Shown: positions 1 to 13,729, counted from the stretch's first letter. The stretch is DNA of 64,000 bases from Chara braunii (GCA_003427395.1 BFEA01000017.1:3906391-3970390), one strand, 5' to 3'. Notes: generated from the letters alone by a model not told the origin. Numbers and translations: made by a program.

Positions 1-1999
1 GTTAAGGATCGAACTTGCTATTAACTTTCTCCTTCATCATATTCACCCTCTCCTGTCTGCCATCTCCCGCAGCCTTTTTCCATCTGACTCTCGTCTCACT
101 AAGTTCTATACTAATCTAGCCCTGTCAATGAATTCGCCCTGCCCAAAAACATTGAACTAACACTTTCTCTCACCTGTTTCCATCGAGGAACGAGTGAAAT
201 CTCCGTTCCACCGCCCCGCCATATCTATCCTCGTGGCTTTTCCGCGCGGCACTTTTCTCCATTAACACCTATTCTGCCAGCCTAACACCAAAACTGACTT
301 CACCATCCCCCCTGCCTCGCTAAAAAAAACCTATATCGCATCTTTCCCCGCCTGATTTCATAAAGGAAGAGGCGGGCTATACGATTTTCATCGTCATCAT
401 ACCGTCCTCCCGCCATATCTCCGCGCACCATATCTTCCACTAATCTCCTATTCTACTAACCGAGTGCTAAAACTAACACCGCCATGTACTTTGCCCTGCC
501 CCAAAACCCCTATTTCAAGACCTCTCCCGCCCGTTTTCGTCAAGGATCGGGCAGTCTTCGTTTTCTCAGCTTCCTTCCGCTGGTTCCTACATCCGCCATA
601 GCTCGCTTGCACCGGTACGGTTTTCATGTCAGGTTCACTCCCACGCTACCCGCCTGTCGCCCGCCTCTCCCACTGCGCTGTTTCAGCGTCCGTCCCTCGC
701 AGCGCTCCGCTGCTTGTCGTTCAGCCTATAGCTGCCCAGCGCTGCGCTGCCCAACCTTCTCCCTCACTCCCTAGCGCCCCTCTCCACCCCGCTTCGTCAC
801 CCACCAGCCCGCACGCACTCGGCTCTGTTTCGCGCCTGGGTTCACTCTCTTCATTTTGCCTGTTGCCCCCTGCCTTCCGTCACTCCGCTGCCTGGCGCTC
901 AGCTCTCCCGTTCACCCGCCCAGCGTCGGTCGCTTGCTCCGCCTCGCTGCTGCACAGCGCCGCCTGCTGCTGGTTTATTTTGTCGGCGGCTGCCCGGTGC
1001 CTCTACTTATCCGTTCGCGACTGCCCGGTGCCGCCCGACCAGTCCCACACTCATCGCCCCCTGGTGCCCATAGGAGGAGGGGACCAGAGGGTAGGCCCAG
1101 TGATTGGCTCGTCGAAGAAGCCTGGTCCTGATGCTATCGGCTGACCCCTGGTCGGTACGGCCCCCCTGCCGTAGCGGGCATCGCACCTGCCGGCTGGTGC
1201 GGCTCCCGCGTGTTCCCCTATCGGACGCTCGGGCCCAAGCGTGGCTGTTACGAGATCCTGGGCGAATATGGCCACCCCTGCGTAGCCTCACCAGACCCAA
1301 AACGTAGGTCCTACACATCTAGCATTATCTCGCCGCGGTGGCCATTAAACCCAGCGCTGGTCCTGGTCAACGGCACGCCAGAGCAAAAAAAGTTTTAACA
1401 GAAGTACGATGCTAGAACAAATTATCTGGGGAATGTCACCGTCGATCAGGCGTCGTGGTCAGCAAGTCTAAGGGGGATAGCCCCACCGGGGCCTTCTCGC
1501 CATTTTGATGTTCCCGCGTCGTCGCTGCTCGACCTCGATCCCTGAATCTCCTTGACGAAAGTCTGATACTGTAACCCTTAGCACTAGGCCCAGTCTGGGT
1601 TTAGCTCTGGCGGACGCCTAAATAGACGGACACTGCGTGACACGCCAAGCTACCGAAATGCCTTCAAAGGTCACATTGTTGTTGATGTCGTCCTCCGTAC
1701 GTATGCACAGGTCACAGGCAAGCACCTGAATCAACGAGACATAATCTTCTTAATCCCTATTTAATCAGAATAAAAAATTCCGGCCGGCGATCACGCCATC
1801 TCTTCAACCATCAACAAGTATAAAGATCACGAGCGCCTCAAGTCGGCGCGCCCACACACTCTGTACTCTAGTCAACCATCAACCGTATAGACAACGAACC
1901 CTGCCGCGACCCACGCGATATATTTAATTTTTAAACCAAAGTTATTTTCTGCCACTTGCAAAAACCAGGGCGGATACCCTTGTAAGGGTATTCGCGCCG

Positions 2000-4900
2000 A
2001 CAGCGCATGTCCGTGAAATAATTCCGAATACACCAGGGTGTCGTCCATGTATATGATAACGCAAAAGTTCACCATTCCCTGCGTTAGTCGAGTCTTGTTA
2101 ACGAAATTCTGGAAGGTCATGTTCATCGCCCTTTCAAACGTGGCCGGAGCGTTGCAAATGCCCATAGGGCATCGAACCTATTGCTACGTGCCCTTGAACA
2201 GCACGAATGTCGTTTTCGGACGATCCTCTTCCTTCACCAATACGTGGTGGAACCCCTAGCGGATATCTAACTTACTAAAGTAGTTAGTACACCCAATCGC
2301 ATCCAACAAATCATCAATCCGTAGGAGGGGATATACATCTTTGATCGTGATATCATTCAGTTTTCAATCATCGATGCAAATGTGAATGGATCTTGTCTTT
2401 TTAGGGACTAAAACCATAGGGAAGGACCACAGTCCGGTAGCGGGCTCGATCCAACCATTGGCCTCGAATTCTCTTATCCGTTTTAGGGCGGTTCATCTGT
2501 CGACTAACGAGTACCGATATGGCTTACAATGAATCGGCGGGTGGGTGTCAGTCTGGATCTCATGCTGTATAACCAGGGATAGTCCTATGTCCGTGTCCTC
2601 TGTACTAATCGCCCTTTGATATTCGGTTAGAATGTCTGCGATGAGTCTGTGTATCCCGTCCGGCACATAATCCGACACATGCAGTTCGTAGTGGCAGTCT
2701 CGTATCGCCACTAGTAGTTGTTTTGTCATGGCCACGTGGGTCTTTTTCGTGGGTGGAGATGATATAAAGGAATGGTCGGAATGGCAGGAGAAGATCGTGG
2801 CAACCATTTGAGCTTCCTCTTCCCTGATTGCTGCATGTTCCTCCGGGGTGATACCGTCTTCGATGTCCCGGAGGTCCACGACCTTCTTCTCGATTTTTAG
2901 TCCAGTATCGAACGGGGCAAGGTCGTACAACCCAGAGGGTTCCGAAGTCCAGTTTTTGGTGCCCCTTTGTAGCAATCAGATTTCTTTTTCTTTGGTGAGC
3001 AACGAACCGGGAGGGATTTTTGAGATATAGCAGAAGGACCGCTTATCCTGATATATGGGCAACAATGGGGTGGTTGCCTCGTATATGGTTCGAGGGGGTT
3101 CCCGAAAATCCGTCAACCGGGATATCTGAATGAGCGGTTCTCCCATGATCAGTGTCCTGGTTCGCTGCGCGTCCCTTGTGAAAACGAAAGTTTCTGCGGC
3201 TTTTTGTCGAAGTGGGTAGCAGATTCTTTGTCGTGTTAGCTCGAGAATTTGAGGATCTGCATCGTCCTCACTCTCGGAGGTGGACGACGGTAGTGTGGGT
3301 TCGACGTCGAATTCGTCCGTGGATTCTTCCCACCTTATCATTTGCAGGATTTCGCCGGGTCCCAGTCATTGTCACTCAGACGTCGAAGTTGTCCGGAGGG
3401 TGAGGCGCATTGGAACGGTGTATGGCTTTCCTCCGGTGTTATTGAGGATGACTGCTTGCCGTTCGAAGTCCAGCGTGGCCCGTAAGGCTATGAGGGCTGG
3501 TAATCCGACGAGGACATTGTATGTGGTCACGTGTAGGACCACTACGTCACCTAAGGACCACTACGTCACCTAAGGCATGAACTTTACCTATTCGAAAGGC
3601 GACGTTGGACATACTTCCTGCAACTCGGATCTTACCTTCGTCAGCGGAAACGAAGTGATCGCCCGCTGCGAGAGGAATCGTGTCTTTCCGTCGGCCGGCC
3701 CGCTCGACCACCCATAGTGAGATGGCCAAGACTGCGGTCCCAGAATCAAGGACCGCACTGTAGGGGTTTCCCCAGACTTCCACGTCGCACTTCGCGGATC
3801 TCCACGACAGGGCTTTGATCGGTAGGAAGTGATCGTCTTTCCGAATTAGGCCCATCCGGATGGGTTCAGAGGTGCTTGACTCCTCCGGCTTCGAGTCTCT
3901 AGCGAGAGCCTTTCCTTTTGTGGTTGCCAATTTGGCGAGGGTAAATCGCTTCCGGTTCGCTTTGCAATGTTGTAGCATCCGGTCGTTAGCCTGTTCGGAG
4001 ATGGTTAACAGGTGTCCGATGGGCAAGGGGATGCGGTGATCCAAGGTACGAACTATATCTAACACATCGATCTCTCCTGTAACGAACGAGGGTCCTCTGG
4101 ATTCCATTTCCCTCGGGGAGGGCCTCCATTTTCTGACTTCGTTGTCGTCGAGGGCAGGTTGGATGACCCCTATCATGCAGAGGCCCGGGTATCCCAACGA
4201 TATGTATTGGTCGAGCGGGATAAGCTCCGCCGCTTTCTTCGTGACCCCCGACGGGCTTGCACCGCTGTCGGTTTCTTCTACCATTGTGGCCACCCGCCCA
4301 TGTCCGTTAGCAATAGGTGTTGTAGCTGCTGGCATGATTCTCGTTTGCGTGAGTCGGTGGGGACAGTCTCGGGCTATGTGCCCGGGCTAATGACACGTGT
4401 AACAAACATTCACGTTAGCTGTTGCCACGCCCACTGCTGGAGCGGGGGCTGCTCCTTGCATCATTGGTGCGGCTCTGACGGCAATGGGGCGCATCGATCT
4501 CATCAATGATTCGATCCGAGCATTGTGCTCGCGTTGTTCCTTCTTACTTTCTTGCATTAGGCTAACTAGTGTTCGAGTTAGTTCTAGTATCGCATTTGAT
4601 TCGTTGGACCTTGTAGGGGCTTCTGGGGGAGGCGGAGGCAGGGCCATAACCGGTAATCATGAGGTTGTCTCAGGTACCGATCTCTTGGCTGTGACTTGTT
4701 ATAGGTAAGTGACTGGATCGGAGACGAAACCCATATTTTCAAATTTGTTCTGGAGTGCGGCCAGCTCGGTTTTCGCTCTGGCCAGTTCCGAAGAGTCTCC
4801 ATCTTTTGTGTGATCCTCACTTTCTAGAAAACTAATGGCGAATTTTCATTCCATTTTTTCCGCCCCATCCATAATCTGTTGCATCGTATGGTTGATGGGG

Positions 4901-5230
4901 GAAAATTGCTTTCCTAACTTCGCCCTCATCGCTCGACTGCGAAGCCCATCGAAGAATAAGTCCCTCCCAACCTTCTCGTCCCTCTCAGATTTGACAAACA
5001 GTCTATAGAACCTACTACGCTATTCTGTGACAGATTCGAGAGGCCTCTAAACTCGGTCCTTTATCATAAAAAGCTTGTTACAGGTCGATATAATCGAACC
5101 TATTCAGGGAGTCTCATTCAAAGGTCGGGAGATTTATCCAGGCGTAAGTGTCGAACCAGTGATGTGCATCCCCTCCCTGTCGGGCGGGGATGTTGATCCG
5201 AGCTTCCTCATTATCATATTGTTGTGCGCG
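2000..5230 (-). mobile_element. Decayed Ty3/gypsy LTR-retrotransposon internal region (gag, zinc knuckle, aspartic protease, N-terminal/central RT); truncated, with stops and frameshifts
   Basis: Minus-strand translations give gag-like RPLESVTE*RSRF (~5000-5050), CCHC knuckle CYTCH*PGHIARDC (4363-4404), protease AVLDSGTAV (~3750), RT start HEIQTDTHPPIHCKPYRYS (2493-2975 ORF) and MPxGICNAPATFERAMN...IIYMDD (1872-2165 ORF). No intact LTR pair identified. Confidence 0.85.
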
Positions 5231-6853
5231 TAAGGTAGCTAACCAAGTGTGGGGTCGAAGAGCTACAAATCACGTGGAACCGTGGGTGCGCACTAGCTCA
5301 CAGTGGTATCGTGGAATTCCATAGCTCGCTATTGGTCCAGCCCACCGTGTGAGGACTGCCAACAGTACCAAATACGTCGGGCCTCGGGATCTACCCGACG
5401 AACTCGAACTGAAGTTGAGCAGCGATTGCACAACCTCCACCTACGACCCGCCCCGTCGGACTCCGAGGCTTGTTACGAGCGGCGCCGACAGTAACGTGAC
5501 AGCCACGGTGTCCCACCAATCCACTAGACAAGAGTCCGACCTCGGCAACGCAACTGGCCGAGGCCATAACCCCATCCCCTAAGACCGAAACGCCGGATAC
5601 GATCCGTGCGCCCCATTTTGCAGCATTGTCCCTAAAACCCGCCACAAGAGATCTCAGTTCCGATCTGGGACTCCACCCCCACTTTCCTAAAATCCTTGGC
5701 ACACCCCCTTTTCGCACTTCCAGGCCCCCATCCTACTCCGATCAGGAAGTCGCGTTGGGTGTGAGGTTGGTATCGGAGCCGACACGTGGCATGCTTCAGG
5801 ATTAATAAAAAGGGTAATCCGCGCGGAGCGATCTGGCGAACAGAGGGCGGACTAGACAGCGGAACGCGCCGCAATGCGATCCTATAGTACTTGGAAACCG
5901 ATCGGTCGGACAGCTGGCCGCCAACATGAACGCCAATCAGGCGCATGACGTCAATGTACAGCTAGGCGGGGCCCCTGTTCCCTCGCAACCCATCCGAAAA
6001 CCTGAGGAAGCCTGGGGATATGTAGTATTGAGTACTATCCGTATCTGGGTAGTCTGGGCCTCTAGCGTCGCGGGTTATAGCCCAGTGGAAATCCCCTGCG
6101 CACAATCGGTCGTTCTCTGTCAGACAGGGGAATTCCAGGTTTCTCAAGTTTCCCCATCGTCTGAGTTGTTCGCCTTGCCAGTACTCGCGATACTCCGGAT
6201 CCCTCAGGTTTTCACAATCGGTGATCCAAAGGGGATTTCCTTTGTCCATATCTGGCTAATGAAAGCGATTTCCCTCATCCTTACGATAAATTCGAGGTTG
6301 GCTCATGCAAACGCGCTCATATGCTGCGACTCAGTTTCCTCGAGCTCACTGTTGTACGCGAGCGTGCGCATCAGCAAAAGCGGATCGATCCGGCATCTGT
6401 CCCGAATGCAACTATCCTACTCGTGCTATGTTGGGTGAGATTTAGACTTCATATTCACATTCATGTCATTCATGCGATAAAAGCAGGGAAAGGAAAGGAC
6501 GATCAACACCTCACAACATTCCTGGCGATTTAACGACGATCAGAGAGTAACGATTGAATCTAACATCCATATCGGGTGCTTTCCGTTAGATCTGAGAGTA
6601 TTGCTCATACAGAGCGATAAGTAACGAAATTTGAATTAGACAGGCATTGCCAAAACAAGATTGGAAATCCGAGAAGATCACTAGTGCAAAAAGAGTTTAC
6701 ATCCATTCATACATACATACAAGGCAAATGCGACAAAGAAAACTCGAGACGATTTACAAGGAAAGATAAAAAAAGGCCGCGACAAAATCGACCATAGCGG
6801 GAGGCAAAATTGTATAGACAAGCAAAATAAAGAACCTCATCCCGCACCCACAA

Positions 6854-6857
<4 letters not shown>

Positions 6858-6915
<58 letters not shown>

Positions 6916-7000
6916 NNNNNNNNNNNNNNNNNNNNNNNNNNNNNNNNNNNNNNNNNNNNNNNNNNNNNNNNNNNNNNNNNNNNNNNNNNNNNNNNNNNNN

Positions 7001-7080
<80 letters not shown>
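6858..7080. repeat. (CT)n microsatellite spanning an assembly gap
   Basis: Pure CT repeat on both sides of the N run 6916-7000. Confidence 0.95.
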
Positions 7081-7083
<3 letters not shown>

Positions 7084-7795
7084 CTCTACACCCCCAATAC
7101 CGGCAATCCGTCGCCGCGTATCAACACAGAGTTGTCACCCCGCTTGGCTCGAGCATGCAAGCCAGGTTTGCCCGTGCGCCATAGTCCGTCGCGGGCCCGC
7201 ATGTCAACCCCGCATACCCGACACCAGCTCGTCGGATCGCCCAACTCTCGCACTCACTTACCTTCCAAACTTGCTCGTTAGCCGACCCTCACTGATCATG
7301 CTAACCTCAAAATTCTTAAAGAGAAAACTAATCGCGTTTGCGAAATTTATAGCGTGCGCGCTTGCGCGAAGGATATGGGATTAGACCCAAGTGGTGAGAA
7401 GGAGAAGAGAGGAGGTGCCTACGTCTGCATGTCTGGGCCTCGACGCGGTGGACAGAGCCACTCTCCGCGCATCGATGTGGGCATGCAGGCATAGGAACCA
7501 ATCAGGTCGGGGAAAAAGGTGTGCATGCGCGGGCGAGTACAAGGCGGGAAGAGGGAAGAATACGAAGGTCATCAAGAACAAGAAGATTACAGTTGCAGTC
7601 CCACCCGCCAAAACTTTTACAGGTATGTGTAAGATTAAGGCGCAAAAAAAAAGTCAGAACCCAGATCTTGTCGTGGCAAGGCGTGCGTAAGTAGGAAGCG
7701 CAACGCAACAAAATTCAGAAGGTGCCTGAATTCCTAGCTTAAGTCCTAATTGCAAAGGAAAATTCCGAATAGAAAAACAATTCCGAGAGTCCGTG

Positions 7796-8745
7796 GGGGC
7801 TCGACATCGGTTGAGATTTGAAAAGAAAACGACATTCCCGCGCGCTGATCGCGCCAAAATTTTCAGTGCTCCCTGCATAACAAGAAAGAAGCTATGGTAC
7901 AATTATTTCTCGCGCTCGCTAAGGTGCGGTTACTGCTCCCAGCATAACAAGAAAGAAGCTATGGTACAATTATTTTTCGCGCTCGCTCATCCGTTCGCAC
8001 GGGATGTTCCCGACACTGATCCGACAACTTCCAGCAGGAAAAAAAAAAAAAAAAACGAGGGCATCCTTGCAATTTGCCCGTCCAGCCTGTCTTCCCACAA
8101 CTCACCCCCTTCGACCCATCGAATTTCCCAAGCAGCTTCAGGCAGAAAGTCGCGCGATTACAGAAAATAGTTCGTCACAATTTTTGGAACCCGCCCACCT
8201 TGGGCCTTCCCTCATGCGAAATGGGTAAGATGTATAACCAAACCAAAAGCAAAAAGAAAAGGAAAATTTGTCTAGCAGCCCTGTAATTTCATCACTTGAT
8301 CGTTGGGGCTCGACATCAGTTGAAATTTGAAAAGAAAACGACATTCCCACGCGCTGATCGTGCCAAAATTCCCAGTGCTCCCAGCATAACAAGAAAGAAG
8401 CTATAGTACAGTTATTTCTCGCGCTCGCTAAGGTGTGGTTACCCATCCGTTGGCATGGGATGTTCCCGACACCGATCCGACAACTTCCAGCAGGAAACAA
8501 AAAAAAGAAACGAGGGCATCCTTGCAATTTGCCCGACCAGCCCGTCTTCCCACAACTCACCCCCTTCGACCCGTCGAATTTTCCAAGCAGCTTCGCGCAG
8601 AAAGTTGCGCGATTACAGAAATAGTTCGTCAGAAATTTCGGAACCCGCCCGCTTTGGGCCTTCCCTCATGCGAAATGGGTAAGACGTATAACCAAACCAA
8701 AAGCAAAAAGAAAAGGAAAATTTGTCTACCGCCCCTGTAATTTCC
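7796..8745. repeat. Two-copy ~450-510 bp tandem duplication
   Basis: ggggctcgacatc(g/a)gttga(g/a)atttgaaaagaaaacgacattccc starts at ~7796 and again at ~8305. Both copies end in aaaatttgtcta...ccctgtaattt. Copy 1 has an extra internal ~68-bp duplication (gctccc.gcataacaagaaagaagctatggtacaattattt). Confidence 0.9.
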
Positions 8746-8987
8746 ATTATTTCGCGTCACGCCCCTCCGATGGCCCACTTACCCTGTTGTGCCCCTCCGA
8801 CTGAAATAGTTTTGTTATGCCCCTACCAGTACCCATTCCAAAATTGCGGTATGCCCCTCTGGATAGCCATTTAGTACCGGCACAAAAAAATTCCATATGC
8901 CCTATTGGTAGGGTGCATGTTTTCAGCGCACCTCTATGGCTACGCACATGGCGGCCACTTCATTTCTCTCTCCCTCTTTCTCTCTCT

Positions 8988-9034
<47 letters not shown>

Positions 9035-9139
9035 GCACACGCGCACACACACGCGCACACACATGCACACGCGCACACACATGCACACGCGCACACACAC
9101 GCGCACACACACATGCACGCGCGCATGACCACCACTTCA

Positions 9140-9173
<34 letters not shown>

Positions 9174-9235
9174 CCCCACAGACACACACACACACATGCA
9201 CACACACACGTGCGCACATGCATGACGGCTACTTC

Positions 9236-9297
<62 letters not shown>

Positions 9298-9496
9298 ACA
9301 AAAACCACGTGCTTCAAATCCGAATTTGTGGCACGAGGGCATGATCGAAAGAAGCATGCCGCTCACGAGGGCATATCGCACAGGAAAAGACTGGCCGTCC
9401 AGTAAGGGCACACCGGGGCTGACAGGGGCATGAAGTGGGGCGTCGGAGGGGCGCGACGCAAAATAATGCAAATTACAGGGGTGCCAGCCAAATTTC
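8718..9496. mobile_element. Inverted-repeat-bounded, MITE-like element enclosing (CT)n/(CA)n microsatellites
   Basis: cccctgtaatttccattatttcgcgtcacgcccctccgatggcccactt (8732-8780) is a near reverse complement of aagtggggcgtcggaggggcgcgacgcaaaataatgcaaattacagggg (9433-9481). No TSD or transposase seen. Confidence 0.55.
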
Positions 9497-11129
9497 CCCC
9501 TCCCCCCCCAAAAAAAAGGGTACTGTCTCAGTCATTTTTTCATTGTTTTCGTCGATCTATTCTGACCAAGTCGCAGTCAGGCTTGCAACCGCATAGCATG
9601 CGGGGAGACGCCGCAACTGCGAATTTCAACCAAGAAACATCACCTGGCGGTAAAGTTGTTGTGAGCGCTAAGCACCTGTAGAGCGCAGACTGTGGTCCTT
9701 GTTCCATCACTCGCCATTCGCCAAAATTTTGAACGAATCTGAACACGAGATTTCCCCTTCTGCGCTGAAAATGTCGGCGGCTGGCGAGTGGAGCATCCAC
9801 ACTACTGCGGTGGAGGCGCCTACCGCGAGTGCCCGCCGATCAAAAGCGAGCGCGGCGGGATGCAAATGCAAAGATTGACTGCGCAAAAAAGAAAAGAAAA
9901 AAAGATTGACTGCCGCCGGTCGACAGGGCGGGAGTGCAGGGGGTGCAACGAAAATAGTTGGTTCGTTTCTCAACTTGTGTCGTTTTCCCCGCGCACCGAG
10001 GGCGAGATCCCAGTGGAAATGGAAAAGAGGATTGGAAGAAGTGTCCGAATCTGGAAGTGTTCCACACAGATATGCAGAAAAGCATATCAATCACAGGTTT
10101 TTGCACCTCTCCACAAACACGTCAAGATTCACACACTTTTATTCCAATCTTCTTTGCCAGTGGGGTTTGGCCCTGAGCGCGCAAACCGCGGTAAGGAGTG
10201 GCGGTGGGCTGCCGCCGCAACGCCCCGCTTGCGGCGGGGCGATCTGCCGGCTGCTTAGCGCGGGCGTGCGCGACGTACGTAATAAGCCGTGTTAATTCCG
10301 ATTGCCACGTGGGCAGGGACTGTCGGGCCCACCACCATCGCGGCGGCACATGTCGTCCCCTTTTCCCCCTTTTCCCCGTTTTCCCCGTTTTCCCATTTAC
10401 CGCCCCCGTACCCGCCCCGACTCGCCGCGCCCTTGCCGATGAGGACGGTGACGGTGACTGCGCTTCTCGCCCCCACTCCCCCTCTCCCTCCGCCTCCCCC
10501 TCCCCCTCCCACTCCCGCCCTCCCTGTGGGGTGTCGAGAGCCGATCAGTACTTATACGGAGTCGGGCGACACGAATAACTTTCCCGTCTGGCGATTTCGG
10601 GAAAGCGGGAAATTGTGTTGTGTAATAGGCCGGCCATGCTGAGTTGGCGCAGGCGAGCGGGCGGATGCGTGCGCGCGCGTGCACGCGATTGCTGGGGGCT
10701 CTCGTTTCGCCCTCCCTGTCAAGTACCATTCGTTCGTGTAGTCTTCTAAGGGAGGTGTGTGGAGGAGGAGATGGCTCCCGTCATGAGGGGGCAATCTGCT
10801 GTCTCACGACATCGCTTGGCTGTTGTGGGACCAAGTGCTGCTCCCGTTCTTTTCAGCCGAGGCTTGTGGACTGCTCTGTAGGCTGGCTGCGTGCCGGGTC
10901 TGCTCTTCCCCCTCCTCCTGGACATCCCCGTCCTTCCTCGACATCACATCCTCTTGTGTCTTTCCAAACTCGTGTCGTCTGTCATCCATCCATTGCGCGC
11001 CATATCCTGCGCTTGGTAGGCACGCCGCGGCGCTCACATTCTACGTGCTTGTCAGTGGGAGGAGGTGGAGATCGATTCTGAGTGCGCTTCTACAGCCCTT
11101 GCCCTTGTCTTCCTGCTTCCTTTGCCCGT

Positions 11130-11183
<54 letters not shown>

Positions 11184-12065
11184 CCCCGTGTTTCTTTATG
11201 TCTGGAGGATGCCTATGCGAAGGGTGGGTAAGTGGCACGTGGCAGCGGTTGAGGAACGCAGGAAAGTGACCGGCGCCTGGTGGTGATGTGATGGGAGTTG
11301 ACAGCTTGGCGGCGCCGTCGTCAGGGCCGATCTATCGTGGACAATATAGCTGACCGGCGTTGGGAGTACCCTCCGACGTCAGGTTTTGATCTTCTCTCTC
11401 TGCTTCCGGGAAAAAGCGAGGGAGCGGCTGAACGGGTAAACGAGACGGAAGGAAACGATGGGAGGATGAGGGAGGGATCATGGAGGCGTTGTTTGTTAGT
11501 CGATCGCCCTCAGTTGATGGGTTTTGATGATGGATGGAGTGGTTTTCTTCTCCTCCTTCCTCTACTGAGCTCTTCGTCTTCCTGATTCGGCTTGAGGGCT
11601 AATGGGTCCATCTGACATGCAGATTGCCGGAGGCAGACATCACGCGGGTGGGGGAGTTGGTCGATCGTTATCGTTATCGTTGATGAGTGTGAGGGGCGAT
11701 GTTCAGCATTCTCTAGGCGGCTGAAGCAACGCCTTATTTGTGATTGTAAGGGCCGACATCACTTCACCGTACATTCGTGGGGGGAAGGGAGAGAGGGTGG
11801 GAGGGAGGTGGGGGACGGCTTAGCCGGGGGATAGAAGGGGAGAAAAGGAGGAGGAGGAGGGGAAGGGGGCAAGGACAGGGAGGGGGGGAAAGAGAAAGCG
11901 AGAGGCAGGGGGGCAGTTGCGTTGGAGATGTTGCAGATTTTTTTAAGGATGTGAGTCGGTGTTAATCGCGGCTGCATTTCGTGCTTGCAATGCGGCAGGG
12001 GATGCCGGAGTCGTTGCTAAGGCGAAGTAACCCTAGACCTCGCCGGCTTGCAGCAGCTTCGAATG

Positions 12066-12210
12066 TTCCCGCCAAAAAAAGGACACCGTAGCTGCGCCTT
12101 CTTGCCATTCCCGCCAAAAAAAGGACACCGTAGCTGCGTCTTCTTGCCATTCCCGGCAAAAAAAGGACACCGTAGCTGGGTCTTCTTGCCATTCCCGCCA
12201 AAAAAAGGAC
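12066..12210. repeat. 42-bp tandem repeat, ~3.5 copies
   Basis: ttcccgccaaaaaaaggacaccgtagctgcgtcttcttgcca repeats at 12066, 12108, 12150, with a partial fourth copy. Confidence 0.9.
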
Positions 12211-12763
12211 TTGCTACAGTCAGTTATAAGGCGGAATCATAGGGCGTTGTGAACCGTCGTCGTCTAATGCCAGAGGAGCTGGAAACGGCGGGAGTAGGGG
12301 GAGAAAAAAGGCGGGAGAGCGAGGAGGAGACAAGGGCGGAAGTAAGGTGGGAGACAAGGGCGGGAGTAAGGCGGGAGAAAGGCGGGAGTGTCAAGAATGG
12401 ATGTAATCAAGGCGATTCCAGAAAATATTTGGTGGTGAAGGGATAAGTAGGAGCGGTGGGTAAGGTGGGTGTAGAGAGGTGCGGTGGAACGATCGGGAGG
12501 GGGGCGAAACTAGGCGGGGGGGGTGAAGGGGAGGGGGGGGCGGAACTAGGGGGGGGGTTTGAGGGGGGGCTGGTGCCTTTGTTGTAAGGTACGTTTCATC
12601 TGTAGCTGACGACAGTTCCCACCGATGGAGTAGAGAGTCGGAGGGTGGTGTGGGGAGGAGGGACGCGGTGGTGGGTATCGTAGTGGCAGTTCTTGGCGGC
12701 GGTGGGGGAGACGGATGGAGTAGAGAGTCGGTGTGCAATTCGCAATGATGAAGATGATGATGG

Positions 12764-12795
<32 letters not shown>

Positions 12796-13013
12796 GCCTT
12801 TTTCGAATCCTGAAGAATCGAGGCGCTAGGAGGAGGAAGAGGAAATGCGCGAGAAGTGACAGGGTTGTTGCTGAGGACCTGGAGGGTGCTTAGACCCCTG
12901 TCGGCCGGCCGCGGGTTTCCCCTCGCCTCCGAGTGTAGGAAACCGCTGACAGTGGAGCGCGATGCGATTGGCCCTTGTCAACTGTGCTGCTGATAAATCG
13001 TGGCGCGGTGCGC

Positions 13014-13235
13014 AGCCAATCAATCAATCAATCAATCAACGCGCGAATGTGCCGAACTCTTTCGGTCAGTGGTCAAGCCAATCAATCAGCCAATCAATCA
13101 ATCAGTCAATCAATCAATCAATCAGTCAATCAATCAATCAACCAGTGGTCAAGCCGGCGATGGGGAGGGTGCTGATTCAATATACATGACGTAGAAGATC
13201 TTCGGGGAGAGAGAGAGAGAGAGAGAGACAGAGAG
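13014..13235 (+). promoter_or_regulatory. Putative SnRK1 promoter/5' region: (CAAT)n microsatellite with three AGCCAATCA (CCAAT-box) motifs, followed by a (GA)n tract
   Basis: agccaatca at 13014, 13076 and 13088; (GA)n at ~13207-13235; start codon at 13299. TSS unknown. Confidence 0.35.
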
Positions 13236-13298
13236 GGCTTCCCGACGATAGGGAGAGTAGGGAGTCTGTGATATCGACGGATTGCCTTTGAATGAAGG

Positions 13299-13509
13299 AT
13301 GGAGAATCACGCTTCCAACATCCTCTCCGGTAGGAGTGGTGCTGCGGCGAATGCGGATTTCTATCTACCAAATTACAAACTAGGGAAGACTCTGGGCATC
13401 GGGTCCTTTGGTAAAGTGAAAGAGGCGGAACATGTGCTCACCGGGCACAAAGTGGCGATCAAAATCCTCAATCGGAGGAAGATCAGGGCCATGGACATGG
13501 ATGAGAAAG
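13299..13509 (+). CDS. SnRK1: SnRK1 alpha catalytic subunit (SNF1/AMPK family), coding exon 1
   Basis: MENHAS...LPNYKLGKTLGIGSFGKVKEAEHVLTGHKVAIKILNRRKIRAMDMDEK: Gly-rich loop and VAIK. Donor AAAG|GTGCGT (phase 1). Confidence 0.95.
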
Positions 13510-13729
13510 GTGCGTCGTCGATTTTCTCAGATTTTCTTTTCAGATTTGTCCTCTTTACCTTTACCTTTACCTCCCAAGCCGAATGATGAGGGTTCTCTGC
13601 GCCTGTTCCTCCCTTACATGCTCTCTAGTGTTCCATGTTTCCCTCTCCATTGTCCTTTTTCCTCTGCTTCTTTTGCTCTTCTTCCTTCTCGTCGTCTGAT
13701 CTCCGCATTTCTTCTCTCCTCTTTCACCT

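Noticed and set aside
5768-5780. PBS-like tggtatcggagcc (and tggtatc at 5304) on the + strand
   Set aside because: Opposite orientation to the adjacent gypsy ORFs and no LTR pair could be assigned.
8817-9471. His/Thr- and Cys/Val-rich ORFs
   Set aside because: Translations of (CA)n/(CT)n microsatellites.
12066-12210. Possible CRISPR-like array (also 19151-19300 and 60000-60230)
   Set aside because: Contiguous tandem units without unique spacers, eukaryotic context, no cas genes.
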